A DNA stretch of 64,000 bases, taken from positions 16,368,001 to 16,432,000 of the forward strand of contig OZ281496.1 of the NCBI GenBank assembly GCA_965637545.1. The letters run 5' to 3'. Both the position numbers and the translations under genes were made by a program. The first letter of the stretch is position 1. Each line of letters begins with the position of its first letter. The notes under the pieces were generated by a model. The model was not told the origin of the DNA. It made no database searches and saw only the letters and a program-made list of their open reading frames with translations. Positions 12,090 through 24,542 of this stretch are shown piece by piece. Source of the DNA: Phallusia mammillata (taxonomy: Eukaryota).

Positions 12090-13609
12090 TTAGTTTGCAG
12101 GCCAGGAACATTTATCTCAGTTTCACACAAAGGTGCTGCAGATTTAAAATCACATCTTAGTTCTTTTAAACATAGCACAGCAGTAAGAGTGCATCAACTA
12201 AAGTAACAAGCTATTTTGCCACAACAGGGAGTAAAACGGAAGATCAAGTTAGTGCTGCCGAAGGTACATATGCTTTCCACACAGTTAAACACCACAACCG
12301 TTTTTTTGTCAATGAATTAATTGTACGTCGTCTTTGCTAAAACAAACGTTCCCTGATTCTGAGCGAAACATTGGAAAAACTGGTCTCTCTGAAAAGTGTG
12401 TGGCGTGCACAGGGGACAATTGCAAAACAATGTTTGGAGGATTGATGCGTAATGAACTTGGTAACAATGTGTTTGCAAAGTTAAAGAAAATGTTACGCAC
12501 ATCGTTGGTTGGGGTAGGGTGTCCAGCGCATATTTTAAACAACTGTATCCATTATGGAGCTGAAAGAATGAGCATCGACATTGAAAATATGATCAACAAA
12601 ACATATCAATATTTTTCCATCTACACAGTTAGAACAGAACAACTGAAAGGATTCTCTGAATTTGCAGAAGTTGAATACAAAAAACTTCTTTCTCATAGCA
12701 AGACTCGCTGGCTCTCTTTATTTACTGGAATCACAAGATTGATAGATATGTTTATACTATTGAAATCCTTCTTTTTGTCCCAAGAACGTCCACCTACAAT
12801 CATCAAACAATTCTTTGAGAATGAAATGAGTGAGATATACATATGGCATCTGCACTCACTAACGTCTGTCTTTCACACACATATTCAATCAGTGGAAAGA
12901 GCAAGCAACTCAGTTGTAGAAGTGCTGACAAGTTTGAATTCGATTCAAAAAATTCTTGAAGAAAGAAAGAATCAAAGCTTTATGTCCCTTAAAGTTAAAG
13001 GGCATCTTTCTCAAAAACGCACTGATGGATACGAAACTGAAGGTAAACACTTCCTTTTCGAAGTTGCTAATCTTTATGAAAATTGTTTGGAGTATTTGAA
13101 CAAGTGGATGAAGCCATTAGAAGAGTTTAACAGTTTCATGTGGATGTCCTAAAATGAGATACCAAGTTGGAACACTGTTGAAATTTGTGTAGAATACCTG
13201 ACAGGGAAAGGAATACAGGTAGACGATGCGAAATGTTTTGACCAAGTTTGCAATTTAAAGTCGTTTGTTCAAAGTTGCAGCAGCGATGACGAATATTGCA
13301 CTGCCAGCACATGAGAAATGGTGCAAGTACTTTCAACTGTCCAAAAACCCTGCATGTTACTCAGAACAGCTAGAGATTGCACAGTTTTTCTTTGCAGTGG
13401 CGCCACACAACGCAAATGTTGAGCGAATTTTTTCACTAATGCAGAGTCAGTGGACAAAAGAAAGAAATAAGATGACTGTTGATACAATGAAAGGAATTTT
13501 AACACTTCAATACAACTTCAGAACCATGTCATGCGGGGAGTTTTATGTGTTTTTGAAGTCCCACAAGAGCTTGTCAAAGAAGATCAGATTTTCGGACAAA
13601 TATGATTAA
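12090..13609 (+). mobile_element. hAT transposase pseudogene, internally deleted
   Basis: LVCRPGTFISVSHKGAADLKSH (BED-like), AAEGTYAFHTVKHH, GDNCKTMFGG, GCPAHILNN, TRWLSL and hATC-like PHNANVERIFSLMQSQWTKERN. Frameshifts; the first catalytic Asp region appears to be missing. Confidence 0.8.
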
Positions 13610-13972
13610 GAGAGTTTTGTTTAAAAAGTGATTTATATGTAGGCTGCATTAGTCCCCTTTTAATTTCCGTTAAAAATATGTTGTAGTAGTTCTCTGATAC
13701 TTTTCGTTTTAATAAAAGTTAATGTTTAACAATGTACTTTCGAATATTCTAAATTTATTCCGTAATAAAAGAAGCAAAAATGTTTATCATCCTGCTTTCC
13801 AAAACAATTGACGGGCCTAAAGCAACACCACAGAAGTAGCATAAAAGCGTTTTCTGGGCTACCAATTTCCCTTGCATTACGTTTTAACGCCCCAAAACAC
13901 TCGGTGCGATATTGTCCAAGAACCGCGCACCGGGTATGTTGAGCTATTAACAGGCTGGTGGATATTCTAGAC

Positions 13973-14935
13973 CAGGGGTGGCCAACCTTCTACATACCAT
14001 TCGGCAACTTTTTAACATACTGTGTTGGATCCGCCATAAATGTCTCGTAACCCCACATTCCATGACTACTTCTTGTATATAGAGAGAAAGAAACAACTTT
14101 TGCATGAGAAGGATAGTAATAAGAACTATTAAGTAAAAAATAACTCTGATAAACTTGATCAAATTTATTTACCTAGTTTAATGAGATTTTTGAGCCTGTT
14201 TTGATTTAGCCAGTTTTTCAATGTTCGGAGTTAACTCTTAACTGTGAGCAGCATTGTCTTCTTCAAATTTGAATCAGTCAGTCGCGACCTTGTTTTGCTT
14301 TTAACTAGTTTCATGGCTGAAAATGCTTGTTCACATCTGTATGTCGTTCCGAAACGACATATAAAACTTTGAGCAAATCTTCTCAGTTCTGGGAAATTTT
14401 CACTAGGTAATGATCGCCAGAACTTGATCATGTCAGATGCATTTGGGACTGAGGAAAACTCTTCAAATTTAATTTTCAACGACAAATTTGCTTTCAAGTC
14501 AATTAGTTCCATTTGCATACTACTTCTTCACATTTTACTGCATCTTCATTATTTGTTGTTCACCAAGAGAAAATGGGTTTATAAAAACAAGCATGCAGTT
14601 TTCTTCTTTGTGAAAATCATGAAAACGACTTTCAAATGACTCTTGAACTAACTTAATTTTTTCTATATACTTTGTAAAATTGTCATTATCAGCAATACAT
14701 TCACTCTGTTCTTTCAAACGTGGGAATTGGGTCAAATCCTGATTTCTCAGCTGGGAGACGAACATATTTAGCTTTTGTTCTTGCCCCGCACTTTCAAATT
14801 GTCATTGCCAAAACAGAGACAAATTATGTTGTCGATAAACCTCATGAACAGTTCCGTCTTTTTGATAAAGCACGCTGTTTGAACGTAAAAATTATCTCCA
14901 TGCTTAAGAATGGCATTTTCCAAGCATAGGAGTGT
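13973..14935 (-). mobile_element. hAT Buster/Charlie-type element: 3' TIR plus transposase C-terminal fragments
   Basis: TIR caggggtggccaacc at 13973, preceded by ttctagac. Minus ORFs ...FESRFHDF...MQMELIDL...FWRSLP...FGTTYRCEQAFSAMKLVKSKTRSRL (GTF2IRD2/EPM2AIP1-like hATC). Confidence 0.8.
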
Positions 14936-15019
14936 AAGTTTGATGAGGCTTTCTATGCTGCGCTAGCTAAGGTTGCAGAGAGCAAGAGATAACGCTAAAT
15001 AACAGAAGACGCTCTGTAC

Positions 15020-15330
15020 TGCCACGCGTACCACTTTTTGCAGAACAACTAATTTGATCGAATCATATTTTATTCAGAAGAATAATATTGGCCTACTAAA
15101 TACCACTAAAGCACCACAACGAAATTTCATGAGATCTTCGTTTACTGTCCACCAATTGGTCGATGCGCGGTGTAAACTTGCAACTTGCAACAAATGCAAA
15201 AGTTTGTAAATCATTGAAAACAATCAAACCACATTTCAATTGGGAAAAAAGGATATTTTTTGTACGGCTTTGACACGATGACAAACAATCCAACTATTTC
15301 TGAATTCAACCTTTTTCAATAGTAGGTCGT
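15020..15330 (-). mobile_element. Second Buster-type hAT C-terminal remnant; its 5' end is probably at 18340-18364
   Basis: NDLQTFAFVASCKFTPRIDQLVDSKRRSH resembles Buster C-termini. The cgcgtaccac motif is shared with the end cgcgtaccacaggttagaacccctg (to 18364). Confidence 0.4.
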
Positions 15331-16619
15331 AAGAAGAAGTAAACAATGACCTTCTTTATCATGAAAAATTGCTGCTTTACAAATTATGCCGCAGGCGTAA
15401 ACTTGCAGCGCATCGAAAGTCATTTCCAGGCGCACCTAGTCGGTTTCAAATTTTTGACTTGATGATGATCATCGTGACGGAAAATATCTGCTCACATTCC
15501 TATGCACTACTACTAGAGTTTCTTTCCCGGGATCCCAGACAATTTCAGCAAAAAAAATTATCCCGGGATTTTGAAGGCTTTATAAGTTGCACTCTGCAAC
15601 CAGAGGTGCAACAACCACACAGGGTTTCCGTGAATTAAAGGGTTCCCAGAGAGTTCTTGTAACAATTCAAACAAGAAGGATAAATAGTTCTGTTGTTGCG
15701 AACAGTACAACAGTGTTATAACCCAGGGTACGCAAAAGTTTGGGACTGACTATCGGAAGTTCTTTAACAACTAACGCTCGTGTACTCTGATCGGCAGCAA
15801 ACCCTTCTTTTACATTTATTCACGTTCAACCACACGTACTCAAAACGACAAACAAACAATCCAGCACTACTTTTCAGTTATCTCTATATTCTATCTTCTT
15901 CTATGTATATTATTATGGTTAGATAGCGGCGCTTATATATCATGCGTTACAATTATTGAACGAAAAGAGGCGTTAATTCGCTGTGACGATTTCCTTGAGA
16001 TAAACAATGGACACTGCAACGGTTAACGGCGCACGATAAAAATTGGCACATGAACACAATAGCGCCTGGAACGATAGACTCCAGACGTACAGAAATTGTC
16101 CGTTATGCGTGATAATTGGGTCGTGGGATATTGTCATGGGGCGGTCTAGAATATTTGTGACACTCACCAACCGACTACAAAATCGAGAACTGATTTCAAT
16201 TTAAAAAAATATTTTTAGTTTTAAAAAAGATTTTGAAAAAAATTTAAAATAAAGCTCGACGGCGGCCTCGTGAACATATTGCATTGATGCTTTGCCGGCC
16301 CACTAAAAATAAAATTATAAATTTAACAAAAATCGAATAAAATCCCGAGATCCTGGGATTGAGGTTGTTTTTGTCCCGGAATCTCGGGATAAGCCAAGGT
16401 GGCAAATTTGAGAAACCCCAATTACTACGAAGCATACATAAACCACCTCTTCATACGTAACCGTTATTAAACATTTATTTTTAGCTTACAACACTAGCAT
16501 TATTCAACGCTATTTGTAGTTTATGCTATAAAATAGTAGATAATATCTATGAAGAGCAATCATTTGACATAATTAATGCCCATTGTCCCACACCATTATA
16601 CGGCTCATCAAAGCAATTG

Positions 16620-18145
16620 CACTGTTAAAAAATGTACTGTGAAAACTTCTGGCAGCTTTTTTTATGGCACATTTTGTAGATTTTGCTGTGGAATCCCAAG
16701 TAAATATATATGTGCATTCCCTTGTTGTATTTTTTTTTGGTTTACATGTCTGTATACGTAATTTTTACGTAACCTGGCCAGTAAAACTTACTGGGTAACC
16801 CGGCTGTTAAATTTACAGGGAAAAGTCCTGGAAGATTTTTTTACTGACCAGTTTGTCAATTCTACTGCATTGCAATACAACACGCTTCAAGAACTGTGTT
16901 TTATTGGTGCAAAAATCCAGAACATTATTGCTTGTATTCCTGCATAATGTTGCTTTTTTGAAAACTTTTGGATGTATCTCGCAACTTTTTCATTTTTTTG
17001 AAGTTTTGCTTCTGGGTGCATTGCTTTCCACAAAATATCTACACATACAAAAACATAACATTCATTATAATTTTAATTAAAAACACAATAGATTTTACAC
17101 ATAAAATCAAACTATGCTATGTTTTTTTTTATATAACATAAAAAATTTAACAATAAAGACCTCAAAATACTTCACAAACACATCAAAACCTGTTGTTAAA
17201 AGCAGCATGCCCCTGGGTTTAAAAGAAGAAAATACCCCACCTGACCATACAGACCTATGGCTTCTGCACTTAATGTTTGGTAACCAAACAAAACAGCATA
17301 AACATAGTGTACACTTACTTTTGCATGAACTCCAAAGTTGCCAATGCACTTTTTGGATACTCAATATTGAATATGAAGTAGGTGGCAATACAGCATGACA
17401 ATGCAAGAAAGGTCACTGCAAGAAATTACCATGTTTTTTTCAACAATGACCTTAAAATTTGTGGCAATGGCTGACATGTCCCTAGAATAAAAATGTTTGT
17501 ACTTAAAACATACACATACATATAAAATGTATATTGCAAACTCACCAATTGCTATAACATAAGGAGTAGTTTTCCAAAATGCAAATCTCCTCATACTTCA
17601 CACAAAACAATGTACATTCCCACTTTGTACTAATTGACCTGATTTTTACTGAAGAAATAAAGAATAAAGGATATTGTACATCTTTAAACATTTATCAACA
17701 GGACATTGAATTTTAAAAACATCGTATTCGACAACTTCTTTTATGCAATCAAAACCTTTCCCACATATTTCTACACTACACACTGAATTTGAGTCCATTG
17801 TTGAAAATTTAGCTTTAATCAAAAAAGATCTACAGTTTTGTCAAAAAGAAATCTGCAGCATTCTCTGCATACAGCAACTGTAAACACCGTACAAAATAAA
17901 GTCTAACATTAATCCCAAAAAAGCAACACTATCTGCATCTACCAGCAGCAACCTACACTCGCTAAGAACCTCCACGGCCGCCGGATAAAAGCAGTCTGCA
18001 TTTTAAACGATTCTGATTGGATAACGCATTCATCCATATCAGAACATGCTTGATTTACGGTCACGTGGACATAAAAACTTACGTTTCGTGTCCGTAAAAG
18101 ATTACGTATGTTTTTCCTGCAAAATTTACGAGTTTTTTTACAGTG
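16620..18145. mobile_element. Non-autonomous CMC-EnSpm (CACTG) element
   Basis: Termini cactgttaaaaaa / ttttttacagtg with 2-bp TSD tg on both sides. The interior has splice-like junctions and a minus-strand CSVEICGKGF Cys-rich fragment. Confidence 0.65.
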
Positions 18146-18494
18146 TGTGCTTCTTGTTGACAATTGACATAACCTGTATTTTGAAGATTGTAATGATACG
18201 AAACAACAGGAATAGTTACGTAACAATAAGAAGAAGCTTGGAGATTTTTTTGTAAACAAAACCATATAAACAAAATATAAATAAATCCAGGCTTTTGTGA
18301 AAAAAATGGAAGCTACTCGCGTACCACCGGAAAAGCCTTCGCGTACCACAGGTTAGAACCCCTGGCCTAAGGCCCTGTGAAGCCCTTTTAAGTAGCGAAC
18401 GTCATAATCACGATTCGATCGTATACATGTAACACTTAGTATATTTTTTTAACGGAAACGAATGAAAAATGGTATAATAGAAAAGTCTATACGT

Positions 18495-19497
18495 CTATTT
18501 TTTTCGAAAATTCCACAATCACGTCGTCGTAATTTAATTTAATATCGCGAGGAATAATTAAAGAGGCAAGGCCATTCAATCGAGGTTCACCCATAGTAGA
18601 ACGCAGGTAATTTTCGATGTACTGAATGAACGCTCACTCGATGCGAAAAGTCGCAAATATTTGCAGCAATTTCAAAATGCAGGGAAATGTCTTCAGTTCA
18701 CTTACTGCTTTCAAAACATCAATTATATTTGTTGGTTTGACTTCTCGGTGCTTACAGTGGTTTTTCGCTGGAAATTGCAAAAAAGTTGGACTCACATACC
18801 GCCCTCACTACAACTTTAAGCATTGTGATATTGATGGCTTCCATCAGCTCATTTTGAGCAATGTGGGAAATATACTGCGCAAGCTTCGGTTATATGGCGT
18901 TCGAGAACCGTGTCGCCAGATTGGACCATAAGCTGAAAGGAGAGCTCGAAAGTTTCCTTGAGAGTAAAGGTTTTCTGAGTCAAGTGCCATTTTGCCGCTG
19001 TCTCTGTGGCCACGGAACGCCAACCCCAGTCTTCCGATATGTCGTATACATTCACTGCGCAAGATGAGACGTCAAACAACCATCTTTTCCAGTTAAATGT
19101 GTATATTTTTGCAAAAGAGTTTTGACTAATCGATTTAATTTGACTCCCGCGCATCTGCTGAGGAGCAAATATAACACAATACCTGCAGAAAAGTCCTTTC
19201 TTTAATTGTGAAAATGCAAAGCATTCGTAAAACCCGCTGATGTGCTGCTTTTCAAAATATTTTTTTCACCTTCTTTGCGTTCGGAAAATAGCCATACAAA
19301 ACTTTCAGATGGAGAGCAAACATTGTCAAGTAGTTCCAATCGCTTCCTGTCATCAATAATTGGTGTAATGGCATGTCCACAGCTAATGGCGAAATAGCAT
19401 CCGAAAGTAATTCAAAAGTCTTAGGAGATTTGTTACCCTGGCTTGTCGAGGCTATTTCTGTTTCTGAATTTTCCGAGGCCAGTTTACGTTTTGGCAA
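18495..19497 (-). mobile_element. hAT Tip100/ZMYM1-like transposase, internally deleted
   Basis: GLAFRGHRDSG...GNFRALL, SQNAQNELMEAI and hATC FPCILKLLQIFAT...YLRSTMGEPRLNGLA. The DDE core is absent. Confidence 0.8.
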
Positions 19498-19599
19498 AAA
19501 AAAAAGGTTGGGTTAACAACGCTTTGGACGTTGTTTATGAAAGGATTCATGAAAATGATGATGTGGCAGCGGAAAAGCCAATAAGACCTCGCTTAAGGC

Positions 19600-21024
19600 A
19601 ATAGTCGTGCCATCGCCTCTTGGGTTGTCCGATAATCATCTCCACTTTTTCCATTCTGGGAATAACTGGTAAGTGTTCTTCAGTGCGTGGTTCCCTCAAA
19701 AAAGAAAACTCTGGTTTTAACTGGTATTTTCGAAGTCAGTAACTGCGCGCAAAAAGTCGTAGCGGTAAATGTCCTGAAATTGCTTTAATACCATATCCTC
19801 AGGTCAGTGGACAAATAGTTGGTGTTCTGTTACTACTACTACTGCCTTAAGCACGTGGTTAATACTATCCGCGATATTGTTGGTTATAGCACATTGTTGA
19901 AACGCAGCAAACGCTTCTGTTACAAACTTGCAGGAGTGTTGAATGAAATCGCTTTTCAAATTTGATCAAAATAGATTTTAAATGAGTGCGACCATCTGCT
20001 TGGAAGTACCACGTACAGTTATTGTAACGTCGTCTTTTCGGGATAGAGCGCGAGTCCCGGAAAGACTTCTATCGTGGGATCGAATGCGACCGCAGGCAAG
20101 ATTTTTGTGGATTGTTCCTTGCCATATGGGAATGCTTGGGAGACCATTATCACGTCTTTAGTAGGCCTGGCGTACTATGAACGTCGTCTTTTAGGACCTT
20201 TTCATTATTTTTTCCCACCATGTGTTTTAATCCACCTCTCCGACTTCTTGTAACATGTGATTTGTGCAAAAAACATTCACATTTTACCTGCCAGTAACCA
20301 TTGGCATATTTTTTGCTTTTGGGACACCAATGGCCGGAAAAATATCATAAAAAATCCCTGTGGTACTTTAAAAACAAATTCTTTCGTGTAACGTGAGCGC
20401 CACTGGAAAAAATGAGAACATCCTGCATTTTGACGAAAAGTTCGCCAGGCAAAACGTGTTGTCACAGGAAACCACATGCATTTAGATCGGGATTCGCGTT
20501 AAACTGCCAAGTCTGAATAAATTGTCAATTGACGTACAAAGGTCCTCGTTTGAATTGCCACTTCCAGGGAAATATTCGTCGCTTGAAAACTTTGATGCAT
20601 TGTACTAATATTTTCGCATTGCTTTATGTCTCGTAGTCTATCGACCGGCATTCGAAGCTGATCATCTTCATACTTTGTGTATGTATTTGGTCATAAACTC
20701 TTTTGGACTTTCGAGTTTGATAAGAGTTGGAAGATAAACTCCTGTTTTCTTTTTTTGCGTTTCCGTGTGTAGAGTGTATATGAGTTTCTTCTTTTCCAAA
20801 GCAGTGGACTAAACATCATGGTGGATCTTTGTTGGAACTTTCGGGTAAAAGAGTAAAATGTCTCTAAACCGCCGACGAAGTTTCGTTTTTTTGCCACCAA
20901 GAATTTTCATTTTGTAATACTGGCGGGCGATTCCCAACTTGTCATTTTTATGACGACCTTCGCCCAAAAACCTGTACTGGTCACATTTTAAATCATTTGT
21001 TTCGTTTGAAAAAAAATCCACCAC
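19600..21024 (-). mobile_element. MULE-type transposase pseudogene
   Basis: DLKCDQYRF (N-terminal), SCDNTFCLANF...PVALTLHER...MPMVTGR and AITNNIADSINHVLK. These match the DTTF...HER...VTD and TNNxSExxN motif series of invertebrate MULEs. Confidence 0.6.
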
Positions 21025-21059
21025 ATGTTAGCAGCCGGAACATGTGAGATGTCCACGGG

Positions 21060-21900
21060 ATAAATCCAGTCAGTTTTATTTCCATTTCAAATGCTTAGTA
21101 AAGATTCACAGATTTCAATCACATATGTAAGTTGAAAAACAGTGCATGAATTATTAGAGAAGTCCCTTAAAATTGCTTAGCATAATTCAACTATAATATC
21201 GCAACATATCCTTTCAATTTACACACAGAAGTTAATGATGCTTCTGCGTGGCCATGAACACAAAGGCTAATCGCGACAATAGCGCGAGGTGACAGCAGTG
21301 CACCGTAAAACATTATGACGGTTTACTATTGGGGTCTTTTTTTGCTTTAGTGATACCAACATCCTGGCTCGAAGCTTTCTCAGTCCGTTGTGGTTTCCAC
21401 ATCATCATTGTTGTCAGAAAACTCATCATCGAACTCTTCCGGTAAATTTGGATGTTCTTTCAACGTTTACAAGTCATCGGAGTGTCGACGTGTCGTCAGC
21501 AATTATTCAACGAGGATTTTTGTATATTACATCGCACACAGCAAAATCGAGGGCATGAGCACAGCCAAACACGTGGTTTGGAAAGTCCGAACCGAGGCCA
21601 CTAAGATGTTTGGTAACAAGTTGGAGATTTCAAAAGATAAACTCTCCTTAACCTGTACCATACCCAGACTCCAAAATGTTTTGCCTCACGCATGAACATT
21701 AACATAACTTCTGTTTCTAGTGGATGTGTACTACTCATCCAGCGTTAAGCTGAAGCGTTCTAATTTACGAACACGCACGAAGTTGGCCTTCCATTTACAA
21801 TTTTTTTTAATACTTGCTTGCACACTTATTTTCTGACTGCGCACGATCGAGACACCTGCAAACTACAGACCACGTTGAGTGGATATTGCGTTTTACTACC
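21060..21900 (-). mobile_element. hAT transposase fragment
   Basis: NHVFGCAHALDFAVCDVIYK (hAT CxxH motif in xAVxDVLYK context) followed by an acidic linker. Many stops. Confidence 0.5.
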
Positions 21901-22188
21901 GAACGGGCCTGGAAATTATTGCACTTACATACCGTTCTAGAGGATTTATCCGCAGGACAGTTCACAAATGATTGCTCGTATTGTTTTAACGAAACCACCT
22001 TCTTTAAGTGGCTCATGTTCTCAACATCATTCGTGTCACAAATATATGTCTTGTCAATTTTGTTTTAAAATGGGCTAAAAATAAACACACGCAAACTATA
22101 AAATCAGTCGTTATGGTTTAATGGTCATTTAAAACAGGGCTACTACGCAAACCTTCTTGCTCTGCGCCCCATTTTTAAACAGAAATTT

Positions 22189-22652
22189 CTACGCGACCCC
22201 TTGATGGATAGCCCAGTGGTGAACGACCTTTTCGCTATCGCAGATATTGCAGATATTTATTTTACCAATGGCCGTCAATTGCCTGTTTGCTTGTGTTTTA
22301 AAATTACTGTTGTAAAGAAATACTTGGCCTAAAAAGCCGAAATTAATTTCTAACTTGATACACAGATTGTCAGTCTTAGCTTTTATGACGTCATATTCTA
22401 TATAGTGATGTTGTGGTATCTGCTTTTTCGCATTGTTCGCACACAATAGGCATAAAAGATGTGGGCGCATATGGCTACTAGGCTGGTAATCATTGTTTAA
22501 GTTCCACAAAATGTGTATAGAACAGTTTGAAAATCAAAAATGTTTGACAACAGTGTTTTTATTTACGTCACGGCCGCCAGTACATACATTTTAATAAACA
22601 TGTTCATTGCCGCACAAACTCGTCTCTGTCGCCGCAAGGTTCTGCACCCCTG
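22189..22652 (-). mobile_element. hAT Buster/Charlie-type 5' end
   Basis: The terminal inverse reads caggggtgcagaacctt (ends 22652). The adjacent minus ORF has LLCLLC...HHY, like the N-terminal zinc finger of Buster-type transposases. Confidence 0.5.
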
Positions 22653-23739
22653 GTATAGCCTATACACGTGAATGATGTTTGAGCAATAAATGTACGTACG
22701 TATACCATTTATTGTGACAATGACATAATAACGCACGATGTTTCATGACCCCAAAAATATATTCCGCGACCCCAAGGGGAAGCCCTGATTTAAAAGACAC
22801 CAAACAAACAAAAAAACATCTTGCGCCATTTGTTGCCCAACGGTATTACTTATTTCCATTTTAGGTTTAACTTCAGCACACAAAAATGAAAAATCAAAAT
22901 CAAAACTTCTTCGTTCTTAAATCGAAGTTTTATCCTAACTAATAGGTTTCAGGTTGCACCAAAAATTTACAGGAAGTCTGCTGGAGAGACTGACTTCTAA
23001 ACGACGTCGTAGTACCCTTTTGTCTTTTACCAAAACTGCAGGTAACGGGTCCGTGCATTCATAAATATTGGTTGCTGTACTGGTTCGACAGTCACAGCAT
23101 GACAAGACGAGCTTTAAAGCCGTCTGAAGCACCTTAGATATGGAAGACAAAGAAACAACAAGGTACAAATTCGTCAAGGGCCATAAATTGTTTCAGATTC
23201 ATACCAGGCTGTAGGAAAGTAATACACAAAGATGCGGATCAAATAAGTAAATTGTTTGCGGCATAAATATTGATTTAATCTGTACCTTATGGCAACGCCT
23301 TCGTACGATGTTAAAGGTGTCGAAGCAACGATTTAGGCCCGAGAAAGGGTTAGTCACCAGATAAAGATGTTTTTTCGCGCTATTGCTTTCGTAGAACACA
23401 AACTAGTTGACATAGAGTTGCAATTAAACTGCAGAATTTGATCTATGCGCTTACGGATTCCAGATTCTACAAATCATTCCGGTCTATTTGCGATCTCTAA
23501 TCAGTATTCTTTTCTAACCAATGCAAGAAAGTGGATTTTACGGGTACGCTAAAAAGGGGGGAGTTCCTTTACATTAACGCACGTCTACTCGGATTGGCAA
23601 AAACAACTTTCATTTTAAACATACAACGAAACACTATACGTAAAAATCATACAAGTATCAATTGTCAAAATCAGTAAGCAGATTGTTAAACTCAGCTACA
23701 TTTTGTGCATCCATGTTGTTATACAACATTTTAAACATG

Positions 23740-24542
23740 AATCAATTGCAGCAAATCCCATCTTTGTATAAGTTTGAACGAATGCGAACTAAGACTTTAA
23801 GCATCTTTACTCTATCCGGTTTCTACTTTTTGTTTTAATGGCAGTAACTAAATAAAAACACGTTCAACAACTACATTGCTTGTGGGTTTCGACGTGCAAT
23901 TTAGGGCGTATATGCCTAATTTATTAAATACAGATACATTTCGTCCATCCATGTACTTTAAAATTCCAGTCAAAAATTTCTGTGTTGCTCTTCTATTTCT
24001 TCAGTTAGCAAACAACTTACATTGACCAGTCTGACTTAAAATACGATCTGGGTGTAGGTGGTCTAACTTTCTTAAAATGTCCGTGGCCTCCGTTAGCCTT
24101 TTGTCTATCAGTTCAATGGCTTCCATTAAAACAGCCTTGCAGCGATACTTAACATCGTTTACAGCCGATGTCAAACCTGGTTGATTTTTAATAGCTCCAC
24201 ACAATCAGCTAAAAATTTGGCACCGAAATCCCTTTGAGAAATAGGCATTAAAACCCAATGTTATTGAAGCATCTTGATCGTAAGCTTTTGTGATGAATAT
24301 GTAGAATCGTGTGCATCTCATGAGGTTCACTGTCAGTTGCTAGGAACGCTGAGTTGACTTGCTCAAACTCGGAAACAACAGGTGACAAAAAATACAACCT
24401 GATAAGAGAATTCAAACATACTGCAGAGCTGTCTTATATGTAGCAGACATATCCGCAACCAGCTGAACACTGTTGAAATAGGCCTGGAGCTCAAACCTGT
24501 TGGTTAAAATGTTTCCACAATTTACCCCCATACCAACCATCT
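23740..24542 (-). mobile_element. hAT transposase C-terminal half, cut by the Sola element
   Basis: Begins with agatggttg (RWL) at the Sola TIR. Continues as ELQAYF..DMSATY and hATC PTSNVVVERVF(fs)LVTAIKTKSRNRI. Confidence 0.7.

Noticed and set aside
22935-23400. Possible hAT C-terminal fragment
   Set aside because: Similarity too weak to call by eye.
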